Assembly: GCA_977030845.1 (NCBI GenBank)
Contig: OZ365113.1
Span: forward strand, 33,480,001 to 33,544,000
Length of the DNA stretch: 64,000 nt
DNA from: Fimbriosthenelais zetlandica
Lineage: Eukaryota
Direction of reading: 5' to 3'
In this document: positions 51,101 to 64,000 of the stretch, in pieces
How positions within the stretch are numbered: position 1 is the first letter of the stretch
Layout: each line of letters opens with the position of its first letter
The notes under the pieces: generated by a model
Told to the model about the DNA's origin: nothing
The model's input: only the letters and a program-made list of their open reading frames with translations
The model's database searches: none
Made by a program: the position numbers and the translations under genes

Positions 51101-54100
51101 TGCCACTTTCTATAGGCCGTGCCTACTGGTGTAATGTTGATCCTAAATGGGTCTGGACTGCATGTGTGTCTCTGAGGTTACACTTTCTCTGTGGCTCTGT
51201 GGCAGTGCCACCTTGCCACGCCCCATACACATCACACCCCAATGATCAAAGCTTTAATCACACACAAAAAGGCGTCATTCAGCAGATGCAGGGATGACAT
51301 GAAAACCTCGTTATACTGCTTTAGTTTAGCCTCAATTCATTCATCAATCACCAATCGTGAAATGTATCGAGGTTTGGGATGAATTAGGACATTCAAACCT
51401 TTAGTACATACCATGGCACTGCTTGGATCAACCCTTCTAGATGCTTGCATGATACTGGGCATTCTCAAGTGAACATCTATCTATTGCATTTTATGAGAGA
51501 TTCTGAGTGATAAACTCCTAGTCAGAAACCTTTTATTTCTTTTTTGTCTAACATGTTTATACAGCTTTCAAAATCTCTCTAACGTGCAAAATTCATAGGA
51601 GCATCCTATGAAATAAAACTCCAGTATTCTTGACATGGTAACAAAGCGCTAGGAAGCAGCAAATGGCAAAGCTATAGGTGGGTGTATGCCTACCACGATG
51701 GTCAGGCCCTTTTAAGACTTTGAAACACAGACCATTGCATCGGAAGGAGGGAATTGGTTGACTCCAAAAGATTTCCCTAGAAAAAATTAATGGGAGTCCA
51801 AGGTAAATAACAAGACATGGGATCCGCCCTCAGAGCCTTTAAGCCTCGGTAGATCCCAACCGGAAGTTGTAAGATGCAGCTTCCTGAATCCAATACAGTG
51901 TTCTAATGGCCAGTTTCACCAAATATCGCCCAGCGGAGGTGCATCACTTGACTGTGCTGTTTGCATTGCTAAATGTCTGTACATGTTGTTTGTATTGCTA
52001 AATGCAGTACTCAAAGATGGAGCTGAGCCACAGCATACAGATGCCTGCAATATTCAGCTCCATTCTGGTTATTGAAATGACTCAGGCGATTGAAAATGTT
52101 GCCCCCCTTTTGGGCGTAGATGAAATTTTCATCAGATTGGAGTCGATTAAGGGCCATCAATAGCACAATGCTGACGGGTCTTGGGATATTGAAAGCATCG
52201 ATGTTTACAAAGGCTATGAGACGCAAAACAATAATAATTCTTAAAGCTTTTTTTAGTGGCTACAAATGTGCCTTTAATATTGTAATAAACATCGTTATTT
52301 ATTGAATCTGGGAGAACAATGACCCTCATATAGTTAGTGCATTGGAACTTTTTTATTGCAAAAGTCTTGATTTATTAATTAGTTAACCTCTGGTGGAGTC
52401 AAATTGCATCCTCCTAAAAGATGTTATAAATCGATATTCCCTTTGAAGCTTGCCTCGATAAAAAGAGGACATGACTCCAATAGGAAGTATTGAGGCAATC
52501 TGGGCCTTCAGAATGATAGCAAGATGATAAGTGTTATGAAAACACACCCTGGAATCCACTCCGCCATACATACACCATGCAGTCAGTATTGTTGGTTTTA
52601 TGACATTGTCTGAGTGGTACGACCAGCAACCTGTGAATTCCGATGAAGTGTTTCTCTGGAAGGAGAAAAGGCACAGAATTGGTGCAGTGAAACCAGTGAA
52701 GTAATTCTACAGGCATGATGGCAAGAATGACAATGAGTCATCCATGCTTATAGACTGTTCTCAGAGAGAAAGGGGCGGGGTGATTCAGAGAGTTCTATCT
52801 CTATCATGGTCCTATCTAATCTCAATCCAATCATGTGCACCCATGGAGATTTAAAACAAAATCCCCAACCTCTTTCACTTCAATGCTCTCAATCTCATTT
52901 GGTACAGGAGGCAGGGACAAGACAAAATAGTCAAAAGTCCTTAAAATAATACTTTCAAAAGCACAAGCTTTGTATATTTCAGTGAATATCTGTTCATACT
53001 GTTAGTGTGATTAAATGAACTCCAATCCCATTATAGACATTGCCTTAATACCATAAAGCTAAAGGGGCATAACCTCTCCCAAAATACCCCAGCCTCATTT
53101 CCACAGTCAACTTTAAACCGGGGGGAAGGTATATTGAATGGTATAGGAAGCAGGAATATGAAGTGCCATGATTGCAGTTAATGAAGCCATGCATATTTTA
53201 TGAAGCCTGATTTAAATGTCAAGTGCATATTCAAGCTCAGTTTATAGGAGTGGAAGACTATACAGTCCCCACCCACAATGTATAGATATAGATTAGAGGA
53301 AACACTGATCTCTGCCTCTTCAGAATTTAATCCCCAAAGCCAGAGATTGATAGACATCCCTGTTCATATAGAGCTCAGCATTAGTCCCCAGATGAAATTC
53401 AATCTCGACATAAACCAAATGACTTGTCAAAACCAAGTATCCATATTTTAGTAACCTGAGCTTTATTGAACAAAGGGGAGGTAAGAAGGGATTGATATAT
53501 GGATGGGAATTGGCCATATTTTATCACACCATGCATTAATATCACTCCGAGCTTTCTACATTACATGAGCAACCCTGGCGACAGAGTGTTACAGCAAGCA
53601 AAATAACTCTCACCATTTTATATCCCACAGACTTAATTAGATTTTTTAATTCCTTGTTACAATATCTAATAAACAGATATCAAAATAAGAGGCAATACAT
53701 TAAATAAGCAAATTAATTTATATTCTTGGGAATTTTAAGCAGAAGCGTTCGGGTTTAAGAAAAGATTTTCCTGATTTGTTCCTAAAGGAGCAGAGACTCG
53801 TATGGATACATTTACTGTTGAATGGATACACTTTTCCTTTGTGATTTCTAACTAAGCCCAGGGCAGAGCAATTTTGGGTATGGTAAATAAGTGTGATCTG
53901 CGGTGGACAGAGTCAACTGTTGGCAAGACAGCAACATGTATGGTGGCAGAAGGCTCTGGTGCTCGCTAGCGGCCACCATACTGTACAGCAAACATTGCCT
54001 TGTCAACCCTCCAAATTAAATATGGCTCCCTTCAGTAATCCGATTCACGGATAGGAACGATATTGTCTTATCTCATTAAGCCTTGATCTAAGTGATTGGT

Positions 54101-57100
54101 GAGGATAGAATAGCCTCAGTCTGTGAGTCTGTGAGCTATAGGGCCTTGTCTTACCAGGCACCTCGTATATAAAACCTGAGTAATTAGTGCATACGTGGAC
54201 AAGGCCAAGTAATGAATACATAGTGATACCAGCTGTCTGGTCTTTGAAGTGTATATTGAGATTGCTTTCAACTCACTTGAATTTCATTGCTATATTGAAG
54301 AAGAAAGTGTTATATCGCAGGAGAAATAAATGCTGATATATAATTGTGTGAGCAATCCTTTCCCCCAATACATGTCAGTCCAGGATTGATTTATTAGATA
54401 TTTAATAAACCGACCAAAATACCCTTTATTATTTCAGGACAATCCCATGAAGTTCAGGATTCAGACCCAGGCTATAAAATTCACATTTACTTCACTAATC
54501 TAAACTAAAAATAAGCAGACCCCGACAAGCTCCTGTGTAGCCTATTTAGTTAACATTCTGTTTCTAGGATGATGTCTGAAATGAGCAGAAGCCAGTCGTG
54601 AAGCCACTGGCTGCTCTGCCGGCTGTTGCTCATCACCAGATCTGTGCATTACATAAGTGATGAGCCTGACTGAGAGGTCAACAAACCTCCCCAAGTCTTC
54701 ATGGATCTATTTTTTTCAAAGTCTGCATAACACACCGATCTGTTAAGATGTAATGTGCATCGGAGATTGTGGCCACGAGCAATTACCCTTATCAGGCACG
54801 CTCAATAAGCCCTTTTCCCTTCTCCAAACAGGCAGAAACCAACTTAAATCAATCCACTAGGTCTCCGTGATTAAACCAGATTTGCATGACAATTCTTTCC
54901 CAGAGCGGGAAACCGATCGGTTCAAAGAGGAAAAACTGAGAATTTCGCCTTGACTTGCTCAGAAACTGTCTCATTATTCTAAATTGTCCCTTTAACCGCG
55001 GGCGCTTCACCAAGAACTAACAATCTGTCGCTCGGAGCTCTATGGATTTCTGTGGCCAGGCAGCTTTGCCTTTTTACTTGCTCGCTTACTTTTTGTGCCA
55101 CTCCCTTTTTGGAACTGGGTTGGGCGGCAAAAGGGAAAACACAGCATAGCCTTAAGTCGTTTGTTCAGAGTTACATTATTTCGTTGGCCTTAAGTGATGG
55201 GAGTTGTGGCCAATATTTGGTTCAGTGTTGAGGGTGTGGGGTTGAGGCAATACCCCATCCATAGCGTAGATTAGGGAGGAACAACCAAGAGAGGTGCCAC
55301 TTTAGCCTCCAGCTTGGTACACTCTACCACTTCCCATTGAATGGACAGCTATGCCAAATCTTCACCTCAAACTCTTGCCCCTCATCCTGCTTTAAATCGA
55401 TATTGGAAACCCATGCATTCTACATGTAACATATAGAATGTGGAGTCATAAAAATACAATTTGAATCATGTGATATAATGTCCCATGTGCTCCCATGTAG
55501 TGTGTTTATGGTAGGTCATTCAAAAACGATAGGCCATTACTATGAAATCTACATTTGAATTGCATACACGTATAAATAGTTTCGATTGTTAAAGGCAAAA
55601 CACTGTGCTTTGTTGGGATTGGCGCATTGTGGGAAGGCTTTTCAATCAGCCGTACCAACCACTCGTGCTGGTAGAAGTATCGAGGAAGGCAATGCCACAA
55701 CTGCTTCTGGCTGTGAGGGGCGGTGCTTCCTCACCAGTCCTGCGAGAGGAAATCTTCAGTGGAGACGAGAAGGACCACAGTATATAGAGACGTGCAAGCT
55801 TTGGGCCTCCACTCTGCATTCTAACACCAAAATAGAGACCAATGTCATTCATTGGGGAAAAAAGAACCAGTCATACTTAGAAGGATCGGCTCACGTTCTT
55901 TGAGGCAATCCATTAGCTCTCAGCCACCTTGGAAGTCACGGGAAGTATAGCAGAACACTCCTGTCGTGTCTCCAACTGTGGACACCAGGTGCTGAAGTGT
56001 CGCTCTGTGTCCTCCTATCTCACTCAGTGTGGGCGAGGAAAGTTAACACCTGAGTGGAGGGAGTGGATGGGATCCAGCAGGCCAGTCCCATACATGCCGA
56101 GGCGGTGACGGAGGACCCATGGTCTAATCCCTACACCTACACATTACCTGTTTACATGAACTATTTTTCTTTCCTGGCATTTACCATCAGAACGCCCCGG
56201 GAAATACTTCCCCCTTCATGCGTATAGGATGGAAAGAACTACTTTAACTTAAAGGAATGAGTCATACAAGTTTAACATTCAGCAGAGCACATCGTATTGA
56301 AGGTTACTTTATTCCCTACCGTGGAGTTATATAACAGTGAAAACCAAGAAAGTATTTCATAGGTACGTGATTTCTTTTTAACATTTTGTTGGATGCAAAA
56401 TATAATGTATATTATCGACTTGCTTTTGACATACAACTGTTTATGTGTCGCTGGCCATGTATGCTGACTCTACCAGTGGGTCATAGGTATACACTACAGC
56501 AAACTCAAACATGTGACCCATACATTGGGTCATACATTTTATTCAATCCATCAATTGCTTGTCATCATGACATAAAATAAGTAAAAATATGTATTTTCAC
56601 TGTTAATATCTTTAAACTTTAAACATTCCATAACTATTCAAAATATTTCCATCTGACCTGTAACCTTAATTGTCTGTTTGCCAATAATGAGTCCGTAATG
56701 AGTTCAGGGTCAATTCATTAGAAAGATGAGACAGAAATTTGCATGACAATGGTCTGCCACCTTTAATTCATTGATGCGGACAGGTGATGTAGAAGGTTTG
56801 ACCGAGGAGAGGTGAATTTTGACCTGGATATGAAAAACAGGTCAGCAGGATACGTATATGTAAAGAGGACAAGGTGGAGAGAAGTCCTACCGAGTCCACA
56901 CATACATATAGGGGAATAACACATTGAAGTGCAGCTACTATATTTTATGTATTTTAGGTCACATCTGACTTTGCCATACAGCTGTATCACCATGATAAGC
57001 CTTCCCAGCACATCTGCTGATTAGATTATGCCATTCCGTGATCCCATCCTGCTACCAAGAGGGCTTTCGTGTCATATTTAGCCACTCTAACATTTCCAGC

Positions 57101-58263
57101 AGGAATGAGCATGCATGGTTGAAAAGCTTCATTGAACCCACTCACCCTAATGGGTCATAACAAGGACCATAGTACGTGATGGACGCTCATTGTGTATTTC
57201 CATCGATTCTGTCTTTTACACGACTCTTCTCATAGTGGTTTACGGCCCTGGAAGCTAAGTGTCATCGCTTATGTTCGCCTTGGGCCCTTTAACTAAAACT
57301 TGCCTCACATTAAGCAATGGTTGGTCACGTACATGCAGTATCCTCCTAAGCGTTCTCTCCAGTGAGCTCTGCCCTCGGACCATTCCGTTATGATCGGAAC
57401 AAACGGTAGGAACGTCAGGAGACCGCAATAATAAAAGCTTGGGCCATCCTTAGTCCTTTTTGTCCCCAGTATAAAAATGGTCGGACCATAATCCAAACAG
57501 AAGGTTGCCTTTATTCTGAAGACAATCTCCCGCACCTGAGTTATGTTTTCGTAGAGGAATAGGCTATTATTTGGGCTTTGTGGCATTGTCAGGAGGATCT
57601 CAGAAAAGCAGGCTTCAGTTATGATTTAGAGAGAACAGAAAGGGATAGATATCCACTGGTCCATCAATCCCACAGATACTGAAGGCTATAAATATTGACC
57701 ATCATCCCTAAGGGACGCGACATCGGTTTAGGAAGTTTGTGTGTATTAGTCATACTGTCGTATTCATTATAATGTGAGGCTCCGTATTGACTAAATATCA
57801 ATGGGCGATATTGTCCACTTCATTTCGTTTTTGCGTCCTTTGTATTGTTCTAAAGTAAATAGCAATCCTCACATCCTTCTGCCTTTTTTTCCTTTGCTGA
57901 GTAAAATGTAGGGAAGTTGGAAATCCATCAGTCGTAGGGAATAAAAAAGTATTGCTCTTGTTGGTCTGTAAGTGTTGGACAAGATCACAAGACACAATGG
58001 AGTGTATTGATTTCTGCCCGAAAAAAGGGCGAGTGGTGCAACAAAATAGCATCTTAGCTACAGGAATTAATGTGGCTAAAACATGCACAACTAAGCCTTG
58101 ATCAGTCTGCCTGACAGAGAAAAGAAGAATAAAAAGAACACAGTGTTTTATAATTCATTCAGCGTTCCTTCTAAAGGGCCCTTAAGATACTGATCAATGC
58201 TCGTTCATGGCTATAGTCAATTAAATGAAGGAGGAAAATAAGCTACTCTTTACAGATAACTGG

Positions 58264-58422
58264 ATGATAGCTTTCATTATGTTTTTATGCTTCTTTATCG
58301 CAAGCCTTTTCAGAATGGTAAAATGTTCGATTTTGGAGATCGAGCTTTTTCGCAGTGTGAAACAGGAACCATGCAATGGAGAGGCCAATTGCTCAACCAA
58401 GATAGAGACCGAAATCCCAGGG
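58264..58422 (+). other. Orphan candidate exon encoding a signal-peptide-like N-terminus (unverified)
   Basis: Acceptor CTCTTTACAG| at 58255, ATG at 58264, MIAFIMFLCFFIASLFRMVKC-SILEIELFRSVKQEPCNGEANCSTKIETEIPG, possible donor GGG|GTAATC. No downstream exons identified. Confidence 0.2.
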
Positions 58423-61400
58423 GTAATCCTCCTGGTTTTTTACGATGGGGTCTTGGGTCTTTTGTGATAATGGAACTGAACCCCAAGTACCCATAGCCAG
58501 TGGCGAATTATGAGCCGCTCTGGGAATGAGGAAGGGTTGGGAGGAGGCTGAGCCATCCGCCTGGCACCAAGCACTAATTCCATGTTTAAACCTTAGGGAA
58601 TTGCATCGAACCCAGTAATAATTGTCTACACTAATACTCTTCCTTTAAATATGACCTCATTCCAGCGAGACAGTGAGTGAGTCTACCATTCCAATCCCTT
58701 AACTACCATACTCTAAATGGATGTTTAGAAACTTAAAATCGAAGCCAAACATCAGAGTTTTTTGTTCTCATCTGTAGCTAAAGTGATGGACATCGATTTT
58801 TAGTGTGCAGAATTAGCCGTGATACGTTGATGGATGTTAAGCCTTTTAGCTGTTAGCTCCAAATCATTAACATATCACTGTTTGTTCATTATCCGAGGCA
58901 ACAATATCAAAAGCACCTAATGATCAATTACTTGGACAAGCGGAAGGCTTGGCGGAGAAGGACCAATGCTAATGACAAATTGACTGGGTGCTTGGTGCGG
59001 TATTGACATTGCTATACATCTTTTCAGCCTTTTAGGCACATACACCCTGGAGCTTTGGATCCCGATCACTAAATAAGAACAGGTGCCCAGTAATTAACCC
59101 TGAGGGGTTTGGATCAGCATTCTCTTGCCTTCTCTTTAATCTAAGCCCTTGCTGGCATCGTCAATACGCGTCTGCCGGCCGCCCTTATTCTTCATCTATT
59201 ACGTCTGTTTGGCAAATAATTTACCATTATTATCTCTCTGTCTAATGGCCGTTACTTCAAAGATTTATCCCCAGCCAAATAAGTTAGCATTGTTAGCCCT
59301 TTGGGGGAAACAGTGTAATTGGTTTAAAGATTTATAGATTCTAGTGAATGGGTCTAAAAATGAAGTTCTATTGCAAGCGTCCCTTCACTTTTCCAGCATT
59401 TTGCTGATTATCTCTTGACTAGTTCGCCGATATTTTACTGTCCTTGAGGCCCTTGAGATCTATGATTAAAAGCTTCAAAGATACTAATATAGTCAGGGTT
59501 TTGACATCTTCTAACAGAGGTTCCTCGGTGTGATTTTCCATGCAGAAACTGATGGTATCAAAGGATTCTTTGATGTAATGGTATAAGATCCAGCCTAGAT
59601 TTAATTGCACAGAAGTCCTTGTCAGTAACAGGATATGTCAGTATTATGGATGATGTAAAGAGGGAACAAGTAAATAGATAAGAGTCCCTGTACACCTGCA
59701 GGGATATTGAAATTGAGTCACTGAGTAGTGTGCGATTTTAATTATAGCAGGAGCCCTTTCAAAGGGAATTTTGGCCATAGACTTGGCATTTTCCTTTTGA
59801 AATGGCCCCAGGAGTCCGGGAGTCCGAGAGTCTAAAAATATTTAAAATCGCACATTGGAAACCATGGCATACAATTCACTGGGCTACATACAAAGTATAT
59901 ATATCCCAGCACACTCATCAACTCGGTTCTATATGGGAGTGCAGACGGTTAATGTAATCAGAGGTCAAATGGTGGGTCTGCATTGCCTCAGGCTTTCAAG
60001 TCACTCACTCTGGGTCAGCCCTTTGTTTGGCCGACATCACACGTGTGAGGTAATACGGCTTGCATCGATTTGGTTATCCATCTCTACCATGGTTGGTCGC
60101 AGGTGCGGGACTAGTATACGTTCATGACAAAATCCATAATGGAATCACTAACAAATATCCATGAAAAGGGGCACAAGTGAACGTTTAATAGCGTATTAGT
60201 CAGGCCCGCAGATAGGAGATTCGGTTTACAATGATAATCTTTGGTCACAGGTTGAATGACTGAGTCTGATGAATGGCTTGTGTACACCAATATGGCAGAT
60301 TAAATGAATTGCTCACATGCCAACTACTTTAATTTAAATATAACGTTCCACACTTGAGCTCTTATTGCCATGTTTTGCAGCCATGAGCATGCTCCAGTCA
60401 CACGATGCCAATGCAGTGCTCAAATGCATGAACATCATTTGTGCTATAGTTTTACTATAATATCAAATTGTATACAACATGTAAACCCTCTTTGTTCCTG
60501 CTATTCATATTCATTGTTGGTTTTATTCATGTTCTCACCTTCACCCTGGATCATTCAACAGGCTAATAGCATACAAAAGCCTCTGCCGGTCAGGATGTAT
60601 ATATTGCCTATCTAACCTGCAGGGCCAGAGGAAATTCCATTATATTGGATTTTATGTGTATGGCGGGTCAGGTGACTGTTTGGTTTAGCCCTCCCTCTAG
60701 CGGATTCAGCCGTGTCTACTCAAACAAATAACCTCCAGGTCAATGATCTGTCAGATTCTCCACTCTCTCTGAATTATATTTTTCTATAAAGAATCCTGAC
60801 CACCAGACTTTTATTCACAATATCCCTGAATACGAGCACGTGTTTGTTTAGCTCCCCCCTGATCGTAATGTTGGCAATCACCCTGTCTGGTGGTGCTGCA
60901 TTATAAACAGAGCCAATGGACCATGCTTATGTTCCAAGTCATTGCCTGGGATGATGATGGAAACACTAATCTTAATTGAATTCCCCTTCTCATACATCTT
61001 GCTCAATTACCTTCCCCCTGCAAGATATTTGAAAGTCCTCGGGTACTGATTGTAGCCTTCAGTTGCCGCAATTGATTAAACCTATATGATTCCACAAGCA
61101 ATTGAGAGAAAGTCAATGGAAGCTTGGCGAAAATACAAACAAATTTCTTGTGTATTGTCGCAGGCTGTCTACAAGTCTAGGGAGTGTTCCTGGGAGAACG
61201 TTCTTGCTGAGTCTGATTTATGTGATGGTATCCAGATATGATACATTGTTCCAATTTGCTTTCGATATTGCTATGTGATGTGGCAATGTGAGGGAGCAGG
61301 AAGTATTATAGAGAAAATGAGGTCAAATTCTAGGAGATTTCCCCCCTTACTCTCCTCCACTCATACACTGTAAAAAGTGGATCCCGCCTTCTACAAGCAA

Positions 61401-64000
61401 AGACAGATGCAGAACTTGTTCAGGACTGATTTTTAGAGTGCTCAACAACTGCCTTAGAGGATCAATGGATGCCCCATGGAGGTAATAAACTTCTAGATTG
61501 ATGGCTAGTTATATGCCTCAGAATGTACCCCGATGTTATCAGAAATAAGTTCAGGGGAATCGAATCCATTTCACACTGGCCTAGCACAGTAAATTATGTG
61601 AGAATGGCCTCTTTACAAGTGTTGTAAAAACATAGTGGCTCAGATATTGTTATGTATGGAGCGTATTGTAAGGGAGGGAAAATGGAGGCTGCTCTATGGG
61701 GACCGTGATTTACTCATAAGGCCACCAAGTCCCAGAACCTGTATCTTTGGGAGACATGTGTGATAAAAATTGCTATTGGCCTTCATCTCCCCTGGGTCCT
61801 GCCTTTCAGCAGAGAGCCAGGTTGTGGAGTGAGGGTTACCCGAGACGTCAGGGTGGGAGTAAATGTGTCCTGGATGTCATTGCTAGGTGCTGAGGCAGCA
61901 TCAAGGCTTTGTCTGACATGGCCATCCTCCCATGAAAGCATAGCAGACCATTACTGATCTGATCCCACACTTGTGATGAATTTATTACACTCTGAGCTTT
62001 CACCGGGCTGGGCTTCGGTTCAGAGCGTCAACCAAAAATCAGTAGGATGTGAGTGGGAGGTGTTGGATTATGTTTGTAGGAGGCAAGGATTGTCACTGTG
62101 GATCATCAGGGTCAGACCATTCATGTTGAATGACCACTGCTGTCAGCGAGGCTTCATACAGCCAATCTATGGCACATCAGACTCCAAGACCAGTTTGTTT
62201 CACATCAATTTCGACACTGTTCAAGGCCATGCATCCTCTATAGTGAGAAGCATCCAATACCGCAAGTGTGTAGCCAAGAGACCTTCCCCGTGGCTGGGAA
62301 TCCAGTCACCTCCCCAAAAAATATTAAGGTTTTATGTCGTGTTGAGAAAAAATTATTGATTAGGATGATTAGGGACATTTTCAGGTCGTGCCATGGTCAC
62401 CACTGTAAAAACAAATGGTTGGAAAACCCTGGTTCAGGATTGTGCCATGCAGTTAATGCCGACAGGGCTAAATATCGATACTTTCAAAGTCAGGGAAACT
62501 GAAGTCCAAGGCGTTGTACCTGATTTCATATTTATAGGGATATTCAGCATATACACCCGGTGTCATTGGCCTAATAAGTAATGGCTCCTTACATCATGAT
62601 CCTCTGCATTACCAGGTGATTTGTCAATTTTGGTCGGGGGTATATGAAGGTAGCAAAGAGCCCTTGGGCTGAAATGATCACCTGTGTTGATGGTGATCTA
62701 ATACCAGCTATATTATTATACAATACATTATTGATTGAGGACCAGAATCCAGACATTCCAATCAGGCTGTATCTTACAGGGGCTGATGTGGATGGCCGCT
62801 ATTAGCAAGGACCTGAGACAACAGAGGGTCGCATGCTCGGCATACTTACAGTCTTCCTGCTAGCAATATGCAAGTTTTCACCAACTAGGGTCTCATGGGT
62901 GTCCACCATTGATGGGTGGTGTGGACATCCTGTACTGGTAATACATGCAGAGACTATGGACATCTTTCTACCAGAGCTAAACAAAGCTACTCTTACTACT
63001 GAAGCTAATACTCAATGTTAAGTCCCATAGATTTAATAACATTGATTAAAAGCACTAATTTGAAACAGGCAGCAAGCATGGCTCAAGAAATGTATCAGGT
63101 ACAAATGCCCTCAGTATTTAAGTGCGTTCATTATGATCAGAATGTGCTTCACATCCTTTATGAGTTAAGTCACTGGGTAAGCTTCTAGGTCCCAGGACAT
63201 CTTCAAAGTAGGACAAACTAGGTGCATACCAAAATGTTCAAGCATTTTGATCTGTATGAGCAAGATAGTTGAGCCAGGGCTTCGGGCGACAGGACTTCCT
63301 GGAGCCATGTAGATCTGTTCTGCCATGATTGGATAATGCTAGATCACCAACCACAATCATCGACTCATATGATTCCTGGTAAACTGATGGAACCAAACAT
63401 TCTTCTTATCCCCAACCATATACGATTGCCTCAAGTACACAATATCCATTCTGCTTGCTTAGTGAGCATTGGGATTAGGAATGAATTGCGGCGGCCATCA
63501 CTTGTACGTCGCATTGAACACTACAAATGGAAGCATTGTATGATACTAAGGTGAAGTTAGTGCAGCCCAGAGACCAAACAGTGCCTCGTAGATTTGTGGA
63601 AGCAGCCCTAGACCCCATGGTCATAAGCCCAAATCCAAATCCTACTTGCCTGATATTGGATTCCAGTGATATCCTTGCCCTAAGGCCCCTGTTGAGCAAT
63701 GATGATGAGTACTGGGAAGTTACAACACCAGAGTTTTAGTCATGATTCCATTCGGTCTGCTTCATTCATCTACACTGCAGTTCTTCTCTACTTCCCTGCG
63801 ATACTAAATCACTGTGACATTTACTTTTATTGTAGCCATTGTATCAGGCATTTCACATTAAATGGTGGGTAGGATTACTATGGGCCTTGGCAGTGCTGCC
63901 CATTTCACGAAATGAAACCGTAGAATGACTGCAAAATCATGAGCATCCATTGACAGAGGAGATCTTGCTAACAGAGGCCTGTTAAAAATACTGTGCTTCA

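Noticed and set aside
59400-63700. Full-length decayed minus-strand LINE (faint IVVGDL, GPLALF and LIPLHQR similarities)
   Set aside because: The similarities are too short, and I found no YADD, PQG or KAFD core motifs. A profile HMM search would be needed.

Overview
This is intron-rich animal genomic DNA (about 40% GC by eye, probably an invertebrate), not prokaryotic, so most ORFs in the supplied track are noise or exons read on into introns. By manual splicing I reconstructed six protein-coding genes. (1) PSMB5, 20S proteasome beta5, minus strand, running off the left edge. (2) SMIM13, head-to-head with PSMB5 across 309 bp. (3) An MGAT4C-like GlcNAc-transferase; its catalytic exon is 26737-27899 and its probable signal-anchor/stem exons are spread over about 20 kb upstream. 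(4, 5) Two head-to-head SLC5 (SMCT/NIS/SMVT-branch) sodium:solute symporter paralogs with matching intron positions. (6) A single-pass LRR receptor with no TIR domain. The last ~16 kb has no recognisable CDS. The best leads are the SLC5 pair and a possible nested gene. The SLC5 pair has a remodelled substrate pocket, an enlarged first cytoplasmic loop, Cys-rich juxtamembrane tails and independently gained RRGS (PKA-type) motifs, including a 4-copy 21-nt coding array. A YY1/ETS-CRE/CCAAT promoter signature followed by an ATG-to-GTAAGT mini-exon lies antisense inside the MGAT4C intron. There is also a cluster of CTCF-like motifs near 2.9-3.8 kb. All alignments and residue numbers come from reading by eye and from memory; no database search was run.
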